NCBI RefSeq assembly: GCF_006345805.1
Contig: NC_043010.1
Location: forward strand, 25,048,001-25,112,000
Direction: 5' to 3'
Source: Octopus sinensis
Taxonomy: Eukaryota
DNA: 64,000 nucleotides
Under the pieces are notes generated by a model, which was not told where the DNA came from, did not search any database, and saw only the letters and a program-made list of their open reading frames with translations. Position 1 is the first letter of the stretch; every line of letters begins with the position of its first letter. Positions 26,820-40,268 of this stretch are shown piece after piece. A program made the position numbers and the translations under genes.

Positions 26820-28145
26820 AATTTAAGATGGGCTGTCCCTGGGAGCCCCTCTATGCTGATGACCCTGTTCTTATAGCTAAATCACTACCAGAACTTGAGA
26901 AGAAATTTCAGGTGTGGAAGTAAGGTCTACAATCAAAGGGCCTTAGAGTTAATCTAGCAAAAATCAAAGTCTTAGTAAGTAGGAAAGCTGCCAAATCACA
27001 GATACCTTCAAGTGAATGTCTCTGCTTGATCTGTAGAAAAAAGGAAGAAACTCCATAAGATGTATCCAGTGTAAGCTTTGGACACATAAGTGGTACAGCA
27101 ATATCAGAGGAAGGTTAACAGGGAAAATAGTTTTTGTGTGTGGAAGGTGTAATAAACACTAAAGATGTATAGAAAATAGACGCCATGAAATGCCAGTGGA
27201 GAAAGCTAGAAGTAGTTGATAGGTTATATTATCTAGATGACCAAGTCAGTAGTGGACATAGATGCCCTGGGAGCATAGCTGCTAGAATAAAAATAAGCTG
27301 GGTAAAATTCAGGGAGTTCCTACCTCTGTTGATAACTAAGAGTGAAAGGCAGATTGTATGATGCCTGTGTGTAAACAGCTGTGCTACACAGCAGTGAAAC
27401 ATTGGCTGTGACTGCCAAGAACATGCGTGAGCTTGAAAGAAATGAAGCTAATGTGCTTCATTGGATGTGCAATGTCAGTGTGCATGTACAAACAATAGTG
27501 TAAGCATCTTGAGAGAAAAGCTGGGCATAAGAGGCGTCAGATGTGTGCAAGAGAGATGACTACACTGGTATGGTCATGTGATGCATATGGTCAAGGACTG
27601 CTGTGCAAAGAAGTGCCAGTCTTTAACTGTGGAAGGAACCTGTGGAAGAGGTAAACCCAGGAAGACATGGGACAAATTGGTGAAGCATGATCTTCAAACA
27701 TTGGGCCTCACTAAGGCAATGACAAGTGATGGAAACCTTTGACGATAAGCCATGCTTGAGAAGACCCATCAAACCAAATGAAATCATTGTCCTGGTTGAT
27801 GCCAGTGTCATGTAACGGGCACCCATGCCAATGGTATGTAAAAAAACACCCTTCAAACAGTGGTCCTCACAGAGGTGAAAAAGAAATACGACTTTTTGCT
27901 ATGCTCAAGAAGATTTGTCAAGCCAAGTGAAATCGTAGTCATGGCTGATGCTGGGGTCACATAACTGGCACATAAAAAGCAACCATTACATTCTTGGAGC
28001 GGTTGGCATTATGAAGGGCATCCAACCATGGAAACCATGCCAAATCAGATCGGAACCTCATGCAGCTGTCCAACTTACCAATTTCAGTGAAACCATCTAA
28101 CTAATGCCAGCATGGAAAGTAGATGCTAAATGTTAATGATGATGA
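26820..28145 (+). mobile_element. 5'-truncated decayed RTE-clade LINE with tail
   Basis: PLYADDPVL, GLRVNLAKIKV, GKPRKTW; (GAT)n end. Confidence 0.85.
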
Positions 28146-30138
28146 TCAAAGATATAATCTACATGAAAAACCATAGTTTATAGTTAGTGTTAGTATGTGT
28201 AGAGAGTATTTTAAAAAATACCTAGGAATATTTATGTAGTGAAAGTGACATAGAGATAACGATCAGTGTTTACATATTTATTTATTTTAGTCAGATGAGA
28301 TATCAGCTCTTATTCGCCCTTCCAGGGCCCTTGATGTTAGCGGGTTGAAGGAGACCTAGAATACTTACAACAGTGTTAACTTCGCTCATCAGTGAAGCAG
28401 TGACTTCACCAAACTTCCCAAAATAATCAAAATAATAATCATTGATTAATATTCCCAATGTCAACCAAATGAACAATCTTGTACATATACTTGGTGATTC
28501 TAGCACTACTTTGGCAAATACAATACTTGACTGATGGGTTTGTGATTGGGCTGAAATATGTCTACAGTTATCTCTTCTTTTATCAAAAATAAAACAATAT
28601 TACCCATGGATTTATTTTATTCTTCACCAGATTAGTATTTTAAAGCTTCCTACATCAACTATGTTAAAAGTAACTTGGTGTTTTTTATATGCTGATGGCT
28701 ATTCTGAATTATTTATTTTCTAAGCAATTATGTTTTCTTATACTAGCTGCAACAGCTTTGATAATAAGTCTTTTCAATCATGGCTGGCATGAGGCTAAAT
28801 ACCAATAATTACAACATCGAGTAATTTACAACCTATTAAAATATGTATCTAATTTCTTTTCTTTTGTGTGTGTCCTAGTTTTTAGAAGTGGTACACTGTA
28901 CAGCAAACTGTTTGTGGCAGCTTAAACTGCTGGCATCTGGAAAGGCATTTAGCAATAAAACATTGCCTCAAAAAGTACTCAACAATTTATGCAAGTATCG
29001 AAAACTGAATACAAAAACGATGATGGTTTTTGAACCAAAAAATATCTGTTGTTATTGTAATTGACTTTCTATATGTTAAAGAGTTCACAACATAAATTTC
29101 AATAGTATTTAAAATGTTTATTTTGTTACAGTTCCAGTCACTGAACTGTAACCATACCAGATAGTTTTTAGTTAATTACTTCAGCCACTCAACACTTAAT
29201 CTGGTACTTTTATCAACACTGTACAATAAAATAACAAAATTACCCTGGGGATGATTTTATCTCAGAACATAAAGACATGCATATATACATATCTTCTTTT
29301 AATAGTTTCAATCTTTGGATTGTGGTCATATTGGGCCTTTAGGGGTTAATTGATTATAATGATCCCATTACTTTGTCTGGTACTTATTTTTTCAACTTTT
29401 GAGTAGGAAGGTAACAGACATAATCAAGATATAAAGCAGTATCATCGTGTATTTCATGGTTGATGTGTTTTGCATGAGCATGTGTGTGTGTGTGTGTGTG
29501 TCCATTGGACTTCTGTGCAATTTTCAATCTATGAAATTTCACTTAGAGTACTTTGGTCAACCCAAAGCTATGATAGAGTCTCTTTTCCAAGATGTTATAG
29601 TGTGGTTGAATCTACTGGCGGCGGCGGGCATGCACTGTAACAGTGCATCACTGCATCCACCATTCATTGGTGATTCCCTACTTCTGGCAGAAGATACCTT
29701 TGCCACTCTGGCAACAATCCTCCAACCCATAGGTCTGTTTGAATAGTCATTGCTAGTGATGGTTTTATGAGGTCAGAGTTCAAATCTTACCTTAACCTCT
29801 TTTAGTCACCTTCTATGACATGAAGAGGCAAAATTAGGTCTATCCTTCATCAAATTTATAAATGGAAATTTTGTCTTATATTTTGAATTATTATTGATTC
29901 AAAAGACCTGATTGAAGATATTCCAGCAGTGCCCCTTTCCTGTGTATTAGTTATTTCTTTTTCTGCTATCTTGTATTTAAGATTGTAAGATGTCATTTGA
30001 ACAAGGTTTGGTTTGCTATTTTAAACATATTAAGCAACTGAGTGGAGACTGTCCCTTAAGAAATTGAAGAACCTTCTGTACAAAAAGATCTCACTTCATC
30101 AGATAAGTAACACTTTAATTATTATTTGCATTTAAAAG

Positions 30139-30253
30139 GGTAAATCTTGCCAAGAATCTTGATGCATTTGAAAATTGGGCTGACAAGTTTGACCAACTTC
30201 CTCTATACTTCATGACATTTTTTGGTCAGGAAGATGTTAAGAGAGTTATCAAG
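30139..30253 (+). CDS. TWNK: Twinkle coding exon 10 (WADKFDQLPLYFMTFFGQ)
   Basis: Resembles human WADRFEDLPLYFMTFHGQ. AAG acceptor, GTAAGT donor. Confidence 0.95.
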
Positions 30254-31211
30254 GTAAGTTAAAGCTAAAATTTCTTTGAAATCTCCATTTTAAATTGAGT
30301 TAACGATGGAGCTGGGGTGGAAACATTTTTAGTATCAAGGGTAAAATTCAAATGAACCTGTGGGAGCCAATTCTGTACTGGCAAAAAATTGAATTAATCA
30401 TCATTGCTATGATCATCATTTTTACTTCTGTTATCTACACAGGGTTGGAATTATCAGATTATCACATCAGTTCTTATTTGGAGTTTTTCCCTCTTAACCA
30501 GGTCACTCAGACTTTTATAAATAACAGACAGATCTCGCTTAATACTTTCTAAAAAGGAACACATTTGATAATATCTTCAAGAAGAAATATGTTAAGATGG
30601 TTATGATTGAAATGTCTTGGACCAAACATCAAAATTTGAAATTTTTTCCTTATATTAGTTGTAATATATGGCTGCAGGCATGATCATGTTCTTAAGATAT
30701 TCATTTTGCCTGGAAATTTTTACGCAAGCCCTTTATCAGAAACTCATTATCCATTGTCCTATGTCGTTTTTGTAGCGCTTCTGTACCCCTTTGTTTTCTG
30801 CATTATTAAGAGGAAGTGCGATTTTATTCCATATACACTTTTTCTTGATAGCATCTTGATTCTTTCAAGCATTCTTCTTAGTAATCCATTATATTTAACA
30901 TCTTGAACATATTATTGAACATGATATTGTTCTCTACTACCTACTTTCTTTCCTAGCCTGTCTCTTAACTTTTAGAGCTCTATTTACCTTACTGTTACAC
31001 TACCATGTCATCATTTTGTGCACCAGCCACAGATCTGATCCGTATGTTGTCCTCCATGTTATAAGGTTCCATCTTCTGTCAGTGAAGAGTTGCAAATTTG
31101 AATGCAGATAGAGGTATCCTACTCTAAACATAGAGGCTCCCTTCTTAGCTCAGAACATAATGGCTATTAGTTTTGGTTTTTCTTAAGTTTGTTTTGTTTT
31201 ATCTTTTACAG

Positions 31212-31397
31212 ACAATGTCACAGGCTGTATATTTATATGATATTGCTCATGTTGTTATTGATAACATCCAGTTCATGATGGGAACAAATATCAGCCAAGG
31301 AAATAGATTTTTGATTCAAGATCAAATAATCTCTGATTTTCGCAATTTTGCTACAACATCTAACTGTCATGTAACACTTGTCATTCATCCTCGTAAG
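31212..31397 (+). CDS. TWNK: Twinkle coding exon 11 (Walker [12 protein letters not shown] ... [11 protein letters not shown])
   Basis: H2/H3 motifs. tacag acceptor, GTATGT donor, 186 nt. Confidence 0.97.
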
Positions 31398-31589
31398 GTA
31401 TGTGTTGTATTTTCGTCTACCCCAACTTCCATTGTTTGTTATAGGGCAATTGATAGCAGAATGGTATTAATGTAACTGAGTAATTGCTGTCCTATCCCTG
31501 TAGCCATGTTAGAAATTATCATTTTCATTATAGAAAAATAAACAATTATCATCATCATGTTCTACCCTCATATCAATCCCTAAATATCT

Positions 31590-31860
31590 ATATTTAGATA
31601 CAGTCAGGCTCACCCATGATCTCTCCTGATGGTAACCACAATCCTCTGCAGGCTGCTTTCTTCCCTCTTTTCATATTAAGTACTGAACATTTGGTGATCC
31701 CAAATTCCACACCACTGCCCCTACCACACTTCTGGACTGTTTTGGTTAAGGAATCCATCTGTTTTTCAGATTTCACAAACAATTTCATGTCATCCATAAA
31801 CAGATGGTTCAATAATGGGCCTTTATTCCCACATTGGTAACCCATCTTAACTTCCAAGGT
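31590..31860 (-). mobile_element. R4/Dong-like (RLE) non-LTR RT fragment
   Basis: LNHLFMDDMKLF...GVEFGITKCSVLNMKRGK. Confidence 0.75.
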
Positions 31861-31964
31861 GTTATTGTTATGGGTATTAAGGGTATTAGTTATATGAATT
31901 ATTATTGTTGTTGTTGTTGCTATTGCTGTTGTTGTTGTTCTTGATGGTGATGATGCAGCAAGCT

Positions 31965-32175
31965 GGCAGAATCATTAGCATGCAAGGCAAAATTCCTAGT
32001 GGCATTTCATCTATCTTTACATTCTGAATTCAAATTCTGCTGAGGTTGACTTTGCCATTCATCCTTTTGGTGGTGGTGGGGGTTTCAATAAAACAAATAC
32101 CAGTTGAGGACTGGAGTCAAGGTAATTGACTTATCCACTCTCCAGAATTACTGGCCTTGTGCCAAAATCTGAAAT
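31965..32175 (+). mobile_element. Old SINE of the 'GGCGGCGAGCTGGCAGAA' family with tail B
   Basis: Head, TTTGCC(T/A)TTCATCCTTT core, GGCCTTGTGCC tail. Related internally deleted copy at 33983-34150. Confidence 0.7.
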
Positions 32176-32854
32176 TATTATTACAAGTTTGGTTTTTGCT
32201 TTGTATTTATACAAGCTGACTCTAAGTTTCTCCCAGAGATGAGGTCTCTGGGAGAAGTTGGTATTATGACTAGGGTACCATATTTAAGGTATGAGAGTGT
32301 CTGTCGAAACATAAGAGAATTAGAAGTTTGTTTTAAAAGTAATGTGACATAAGATGATAATGTGACCTTAAGATAGCAGTAAGAGGTGTTTGCTCATCAT
32401 CATCATCAATATCATCATAATCTAACGTCTGTTGTCTATGATGGCGTGGGTTGGATGGTTTCACTAGGGCTGGAAGGCTGCAGCTGATTCCAGTCTGATT
32501 TGTCATGGTTTTCTATGGCTGGATGCTCTTCCTAACGCCAACCACTCTAAGAGTGTAATGGGTGCTTTTATGTGCCACTTGTGTGACACCAGTATCTGCT
32601 GTGACTAATTTTGTTCTGCTTGATGGGTCTTCTTCTCAAACACAATATAATGTCAAAGGTTTTGGTCATTGCCTCCATGAGGCCCAACACTCAAAAGGAA
32701 CTCAGCCACTTTGCCTCCCTGAGGCCCAATGTTCGAAAGGAACTCAACCACTTTTATGTGCATTTAAAAGTACTTTTGACAATATCAAGAGATTAAAATG
32801 TTTTTGGGAATACAATATTTTTTATAGGATATGGGCAGTTCCCATGAGTGCTAT

Positions 32855-33950
32855 TTTTTAAATTTCTTCCATTTTTGAATTTTCTGGTATCTGAGATAGG
32901 CAGCAATCAGCCCCTTTTGCTATCATTCTGAGGGTAACTATGACAACAAGTATTGTTTTAGTTTTGAGGTTCCACATTTTTCCAATTTCTATTTCAAGGT
33001 CTTTATATTTGCTCAGTTTGTGGTAGATTTTGACAGATACATTTATGTCAGTTGGGACAGTCATATCAATGAGGAGGAATGATTTTTGTATGAAATCCTT
33101 AAATATAATGTCTGGCCTATTTGCATCTATCTTTCAGTCAATTTGAACAGGAATGAGATGTGATCATTTTCTAGCACTGGAGGTAGTTTGTGTTCCCACC
33201 AGTTTTTACCATGGGGCAGCTCTAGGTATTTGCAAATCACCCAGTGAATATATTGGCTGAGGACGCTCGACCATTATTCTCTTGAAAAACGCCGCCGCCG
33301 TGGTGATCTCATTTTCGCCCACAACATCATAAGCGGAAAGTGTAACCTCTCGAAAGAGCTGTTCTTCACTCCTGCTCCAGAGCGTCAGCTGCGGGGTCAT
33401 TCCGAAAAGCTCTACCTGCGACGATTTCATCTCAATCGAAGGAGAGGAGCTTTCTCCGTCCAGGTTGCGGATCCGTGGAACAAGCTGCCAGACGAGATGG
33501 TAAAGATGCCGACGACCGCTTTGTTCAAAGCCTCCCTGGACCTCAAGTGGCCTGAACTCTTTACATGAACACCACCCTGTACTTAACTCCATGTCCCCCT
33601 ACATGGCCTTGCTATTTGCTTTTGAGCCAAGTTAACTAACTAACTAACTAACTGTTTTGTTTTATCATACCTGTTGAGATACTCTGTAGGTGCAAGGAGG
33701 CTGCATATGTAGACATGATTGATGGTTTCATTTTGTTGTTTATATACACAACATGTTGGGCTACTGCTGCTCTTGAAGATGTTAGCCCAGTAGCTTCTTA
33801 TAGATAGTCATTGATCCTGGGTTGCTATGATAAACCCCTTCTGTCTCTGATTTTAAGCAAGAAGACTCTAGCCATTGACAGGTAAGGACTTTGTCAACAT
33901 CAGCATTATTAGCTCACTTTGAGTATTTGCCATCAAGAGGTTTTTTTCTT
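32855..33950 (-). mobile_element. R4/Dong-like C-terminal (zinc knuckle + restriction-like endonuclease) remnant, interrupted by CR1
   Basis: DMTVPTDINVSVK..KLSKYKDLEIEIGKMW; WLESSCLKSETEG segment. Confidence 0.75.
33256..33653 (+). mobile_element. CR1-clade LINE 3' end with (TAAC)n tail
   Basis: YSLEKRRRRGDLI...LRGHSEKL...FSVQVADPWNKLP...FKASLDLKW; tail TAACTAACTAAC. Confidence 0.85.
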
Positions 33951-34364
33951 GACAGTTATCATTGAGATTATTATTATTATTTAAGGCAGCAAGCTGGCAG
34001 AATCATTAGCACATTGGGTGAAATGCTTAGCAGTATTTTGCCTGTCATCCTTTCAGGGTCAATTAAATAAGTACCAGTTACACACTGGGGTGAGGTAATC
34101 AATCCCTTCCCACAAATTTCAGGCATTGTGCCTACAGTAGAAAGGTTTATTATTATTCATATACACTCAACAGATTAGATTGTTGGAAAAGAAAAGTTTC
34201 TAACAAGTAACCTTAGATGCCAAAAACCCTCCTAAGTATCCCAGCTGTCCCTAATAACACTGTTTTCTAGAGCTGTACTAAATTGGGTTTTATGCCTATT
34301 TCCTCTAGCCATCTGTTCAAATCTTTAGGGATAGTTCCTAATGCACCTATAAATACACGATATA

Positions 34365-34690
34365 ATTATTGAGTGAGAGAGCAGTGCATGCCATCAAAGT
34401 GACATTGGGGTAAAATATACGAAGCCCAGTATACCCATCATGACCACACGTCTGATAAGGATACACCAGGCACATGCATCACAACTATATGTGCGCGACA
34501 TGGTGATCTCATATTAAGACAAACAGTTCATGACCTCAGAATTTTTTTCAGGTCGAGTAGTCCATCCTGCTCAAAAGGTCCCTGAATAAGGGTTGTTTAA
34601 GGATGTTGAACAAAACACCCATGTTTCCAGAGGTGAATTATTCAAACCCCAAAGAATTCCTCTCAATGCATGACTATGATGCTCCCCCAC
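34365..34690 (-). mobile_element. Short interspersed repeat ending in an (AAT)-like tail, family unassigned
   Basis: Resembles a recurrent octopus repeat I recall; non-coding; embedded among R4-like remnants. Confidence 0.4.
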
Positions 34691-34879
34691 AACTTCTACT
34701 TGCAGTCAGAGATGTACATATTGCCAGCCACTAAGGGGCATGCTCAACTGATAAGCAAATCTGTAGTATTGAGCAGAATATTTGCTGTAGCCCATCTTTT
34801 TATACCAAGACAAAATAAAGTAGATGATAACACTTCCAATCAGTTAAGCTCAGAAACCATGAGTGCCAGTGTCTATTAT

Positions 34880-36870
34880 TATTAATATTGTTTTACTTCT
34901 CAGAGCATTAAGTCTTATTTGTTCTGGTTGATCCATGAGAGCAGGCAACAGCCTGTTGCCAAAGGTCTCACATTATAAGCTTTGAGAACTGGTTGTCCAG
35001 TAATTATCCACTGCATTGCCTTCACTGGAATCCTTTTGACAATGAATTGTTTTACTTGTGGTCAGCCACATTGGCATGTGCACCCCATTGTTGATCATTT
35101 TATTGATTTGCATGGTTATTATTTTGTGTAGCACTGGGAAATTTTTCAGCCAATAGCTTTGTACCTCATCTGGGCCTGAGCATTTCCAGTTTGTGATCCC
35201 TGGGATTATTACCTCTGCCTTAGTGAAGCAGAGGTATTGTTTTCAGTCATGTTTGTCCATGGACAAGATATCTCAAGAACCACTGGATGGATTCCGATGA
35301 AACTTTCAGGGATGTTTGGCCTTGTAACTGACATGAACTGATTAGATTTTGGGATCAATCTAGGACCAGACAAGGATTCTGGATTATTTTTCCTTTTTTT
35401 TTTACTTAATTTTTGAGCATGGTTGGGTTCATTTTTAGTATTCTCATTTGTGAGAGCAGTTGAGTTTATTTTAGATATTCTCATTTTAAAAATCATCACT
35501 GGCTAATCATTGAGAGGACGTCGTTGTTGCCTTGGCGGAGGTTTGCGCTCTCTGAGTGCTCTTATTGTTATTATTATTGCATTTTACTTGCTCTGGTTGA
35601 TTCTGTGAGAGCAGACAGCAACCTGTTGTTAAAGGTCTCACAGAGTCACTTTCTGCAAATTACAAGACTTGATACATGGATGTTAAGCATCATGGAAGAT
35701 ATACAACACCCAAGTACCAATCTCAAAATCCTAGCTGTTCCCAACAAAGTAGTTTTTTGGGCATGCTCTGCTCTCATGTTAATTCCAATTTCTCTGACAT
35801 TATTATTATTATTTTATTGTCTTTGCACAGCTTCTAACACTGGAGATGTACTATGGTGTCAGCTGTTCACTACCAGTGAACTATGGTAACACCTCTCATT
35901 TTTCAAACACCATCTGGAGTATTCAAGTGAATCCAAGCAGTGCTGTTTTCTGCAAGTGCTCCACTCTTACAGCAGCTCCTATTTCTTCCATGTACTTCTC
36001 ATGATTTTTACTCAGTGTTCCCAGGGCTCTGACAATTAGAAAAGTTGATAGATATGACAGGTCATATCTCTCGACTTTTCTTTCTTCCTTAACACATACC
36101 TTGTTGTCAGTTGGGCATGCTATATCATTTGCTTTCTTTCTTAACACTATATCTGGTTTTCTCTTCTCTATTTCATGGTCGCACTGAATCATAAAATCCC
36201 ATAGGATCTTTGCATTATCATTTTTGCTGATGCCTTCGGGTTTGTGTTTGTATCAATTTTTTGCTGTCAAGTTCATACTTGTTGCAAAGTGTCCAATGGA
36301 CAATCTTTGCTATGTTGTCATGAGATCTCTTATATTCTTTCTGGGCTAGTGGTGTTCATTGACTGCTAATATGCCATATGGTTTCACTATTTTGTCCACA
36401 GATTCTGCACTTATCACTTTCTGATGTGTTGTCTTCTGTATCTGTTCTTATTGCTTGCTCTTGTGCAGCACAGATTAGAGCCTCCATTTCCAGTTTTAAA
36501 TCACTTTTAGTCATCTACAGCCATCATTTTTATCTGTCTGTCTATCTTCAACATCCCTATGAAATTGTCTGTGCATTCTTTTCCTTATCCACCCATTTTC
36601 ATTCATTCTCAAGTACTAGCACAGTGCTTTATCTTTGCAATTTTCTATCCTACACAGGCCTGACTTTTTTACTTCCAATAATAACGGTTCTGTGGCATTT
36701 TTTACGTAACATACTATGTTGTTTTCTTCTGCTCTAACACTGTGTTTGTATCCAATCAGTCCTTCCCCCTTTTTTTCTTGGTACATACAGTGTCTGTGTC
36801 ACTTTTTGGGTGGAGTATCGCATATCTACTCAGCAACTTCCTTGTCTTTCTAAGCTAAGCTTATCGTCAT
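34880..36870 (-). mobile_element. R4/Dong-like LINE remnants (RT N-terminus and RLE domain)
   Basis: NWKCSGPDEVQSYWLKNF; KILWDFMIQCDHEIEKRKPDIV; DIACPTD..V..KE..KVERY. Confidence 0.7.
35206..35563 (+). mobile_element. Helentron-type non-autonomous element (HINE-like)
   Basis: 5' hairpin ACCTCTGC-CTTAGTGAA-GCAGAGGT; subterminal IR GGCGGAGGT; 3' hairpin GCGCTCTCTGAGTGC; T-rich flanks. Confidence 0.75.
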
Positions 36871-37192
36871 CATCACCATCATCATCATCATCATTATTTA
36901 ATTTAAAGGGGTTAGTATTGCTTCTACTTTTAATTTATATTTTGTTTTAGATTTCTATAAGTTGTTGTATAAGCCCAAGTGAGCTTTAAGTGAGTAAACC
37001 TGTAACCAAGGGTGACCCTTGGTTCGCTCTAGTTTGGCTCTTAGTTGCTGGATGAGAGCTGACTAACTTGTCACAGTAACAGGATCCAAATTTAGCTATA
37101 ACGCAACAGAAAGAAAAAAGAAATTATATATATTAAAACAACTCAGTGTCATAAATTTTTGCTCTACTTCCTATTTTTTCAAAATCCATCAG

Positions 37193-37321
37193 AATAAAGA
37201 TGCAGAACTACTAAATGTAGCATCAGTGTTTGGTGGTGCAAAGGCTACTCAGGAGGCTGACAATGTTCTCATACTGCAAAGTAAATATTTACCTTCTCAC
37301 AGAGTTCAAAAATTCATTGAG
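37193..37321 (+). CDS. TWNK: Twinkle coding exon 12 (ASVFGGAKATQEADNVLILQ)
   Basis: H4 motif. catcag acceptor, GTAAGT donor, 129 nt. Confidence 0.96.
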
Positions 37322-39108
37322 GTAAGTCTTCTTACAATCCTTAGTTGATTTTAAATATGCTTATACTATGACCAGGGCCATTGCAGTTATGATCATCGTA
37401 CTTTTATTAAAATAGTGTTGTCTAGGAACAGTTTATGTAATGTATAATGATGTAGTACTGATTGGTAGGATTCATTTGTCACTTAGTTTAACACTACTGT
37501 CTAGCCCTTTAGTGCCTCAAGCCAGGGCTGTTTGTTGCATGCAGGTTTTCAGCTTCCTCTTGCTAATCTTTGATGCTTTCAAAAAAGTCAGTGGCACTGT
37601 TCTTACTCTTCTGACTTTTTATATAAAAACAATAAAACAATATAGACAGGTACTTAGTAGTTGTAGTTGTTGTATAGACCCACAACTAGATACATTACAT
37701 TTGGTAAAAAAAAAAAGATAATATAGTTACAGCTGGATTACTTTTGAACATAGGTCTGTTGGATCAGGAATGATATGGGTTAAACAACAAAAAAACATAT
37801 ATTTGCCAATGTAGTCTTAAATACACTGGATCTGAAAACCAGTGGCAGCTTGTAAATAAAATTAGTTGGGGTGCTGCTTCAGAAAATTTTTAGCTGTTGT
37901 TTTAATATTCTGTAAAAAGAAACAAACATAAAAAGAAAATTTATACACAAACTTGATCAGTTTGCATTTTAGCCACTGCCAAGTAGTGTGTTTAATTTGT
38001 TCACTGAACACCGCCACAGATTCCCCCTTGTTTTTCAAAAATCCCCCCATAATCACAAAAGGGTGGGGGGGGGTGCTCTACCTCTCAAATTCTGAAGCTG
38101 AAAGCAGGATAATAATCTAATTCTACTCTTTATCACATTCAAGAATATAAACACATTTTTAAGCACAACACATGTGGAGTCAAAAAGAAACACTACCGTT
38201 CATCCAGTGTAAAGATTTCAAGTTACCTCCCCCCCCTCCCATTTCAAGCTACCTCCCGTTAATCTGAAATCGATTTCAAATTACTGGGGGTCGTTAACTT
38301 GAAACTGATTTTAAATTACCCCCTCAATAATTTTGCTAAATTAATAAATTCTATGACTTACAACTCCTGATATTTTTATAATATTATGAAAATAAGACAA
38401 AAATATTAGATTTTTTAAAACACTTTTATGATACGCTGAAAAAAAACATGTTGAACATCAGAGATTCTGTTTGCAATTTTCTGGGGGAATAAAAACATTT
38501 AATTTTTTTGTTTATGAGAAAGTGATTTGGATTAGAGTCCTTTTGTTTTCTATAGTTAAATAGCAGACGGATGTTGTTTATAGTGGACTGAGTTGAGTTG
38601 ACAGAATGTAATGATAGAGATTGATTTGAAGAACGATATGTGTTTTATATACAAAGCGAAATTTATTTATACGCTTTAAATTGGTAATGAAATGTGTTAA
38701 TATACATTAAAACATCACAGCAGTTTGGAGCTTGGGTATCTTGATTTTTGTAATTTGTTTCCCGTTTTCTATTTGCTGGTGGTTGCTCAATATATCGAGT
38801 TAGATTGGTAGCATTTACTTTCTTCTTTTCTAGTACTTTGTTATTTGAAAGTCGATAGGACTCATTCTATTGAATGTTATTGATAATATCAAGTGGAAAT
38901 GGGGGGGTACTGCAGTTCCACAGTTCCTATACATGAGCTGCCACTGCTGAAAACTAAATTAAGATTGTCAAGTCTAGAATCCCTCAATCAGGTCTGCCTG
39001 AAATTTAACAACAAAGGGGTGGCGGGGACTATATTTTTTGAAAATATATGCAGCTTTGTAACAAAGTTAAAAATTTATTGTTGCTGAGTTCCTTTTTTTT
39101 CTTTTCAG

Positions 39109-39294
39109 GTAGTTAAAAATAGATTTGATGGAGAAAAAGGATTAATGCCACTACGCTTTAACAGAGAAATTGCTAGTTATACAACTCCTGAGAAAAAGAA
39201 AGTTACAAATGCACGAAAATTACCTTTGCCATCTAATGTCAAAGAGATGGAAGAGGATAAAATTGTAGTTCATAATCGAGATGAGGATGACTGA
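39109..39294 (+). CDS. TWNK: Twinkle last coding exon (VVKNRFDGEKGLMPLRFN...; stop TGA)
   Basis: KNRFDG arginine-finger motif. ttttcag acceptor. TGA at 39292-39294. Summed exon length 1962 nt is divisible by 3. Confidence 0.96.
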   Translation, partial: VVKNRFDGEKGLMPLRFNREIASYTTPEKKKVTNARKLPLPSNVKEMEEDKIVVHNRDEDD

Positions 39295-40040
39295 GAGGTT
39301 AGGACTGAGATACAGAGCCAGTATCATGATGTTTTTCAGTTGAAGCTAAGTTTTACTGTTTAGCTCAGTCTTGATCTAGCAGACATTTGACAGAGTATGT
39401 TCATGATGTTTGGTATTTGATGGAGGGGGAAGCAGTTTGTCAAGTTTTACCATCCATTCAAAACAAAATAGAGAATTCAATTCAGCAGCCCACCTGTAAG
39501 CTTTGCAGTATAAACAAACATTATCAAAGACACTCCCTGCATTATAATGTGGCTGTACAATAGATGGGGCAGCCTGTTCTTTAAAATTATTGAAACTGGC
39601 TTTCGTTGCTAATCCTTTAACAGAATTCTTCCTGGTTTGAAATTTTTGTCATCTTTACGCCTGCTGTAAATATTGGATTTTGTCTCTCAGCGCCCTATTT
39701 GTTGGCACTGCTGTTTCTGTTTGTATCTCATTGATGTTTGGAACACTTTATATTTGGTACTGATTATCAATAATCAGCTGAACAATCACAGACGGTGAAA
39801 GCTGACACAATGTCTTATTTTGAAGTAGAAGATTCTCCTCTCGAGATACTCTAACCAGTCGGTCATGTGCAGCGGAAACAGAATCATGTCTCTGTCTTCA
39901 TGCATATTCAGACATCTGTTTCAGTCGCTTTGCATTAATATAAACAACTGTGTGTGTATGTGTATTTACATATATATATATATACACATACACACGCACA
40001 CATACATAAATGCATACATAAATATATTGTTCAAATTTAT

Positions 40041-40160
40041 AGAAAAACAAAAGACAAAGACCGGTGTAGGAACAACAAGCAAGTGTATTAGTTTGATGCT
40101 CAGGAAGAATGGGAAAATTCTTTAACCTTTTGTGGCTACACTCTTCAGTAGGAAGGAATG
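40041..40160 (-). mobile_element. Degenerate Penelope-like pLTR fragment
   Basis: Minus strand CTGAAGAGTGTAGCCACAAAAGG...TTCCTGAGC...TAATAC...TTGTTCC echoes the 58735-58830 terminus. Confidence 0.45.
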
Positions 40161-40268
40161 ACAAAATAAATAGAGAGAGGATGAAAAAAAAACGTGTAGA
40201 GTAAGTGGTCCAACATGGCGAATATATACACACATACATAAGCCCTCCCCACATCCTGCTTCACTGCA

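Noticed and set aside
28303-28506. Minus-strand ORF with RRM-like DYFGKFGEV and a possible 45-nt microexon
   Set aside because: No RNP motifs and no partner exons found; the similarity is too short.
39775-39815. Hammerhead-like CTGAACA...GAAAGCTG
   Set aside because: The core deviates (no GA at positions 8-9, G at the cleavage position) and no helix I is evident.
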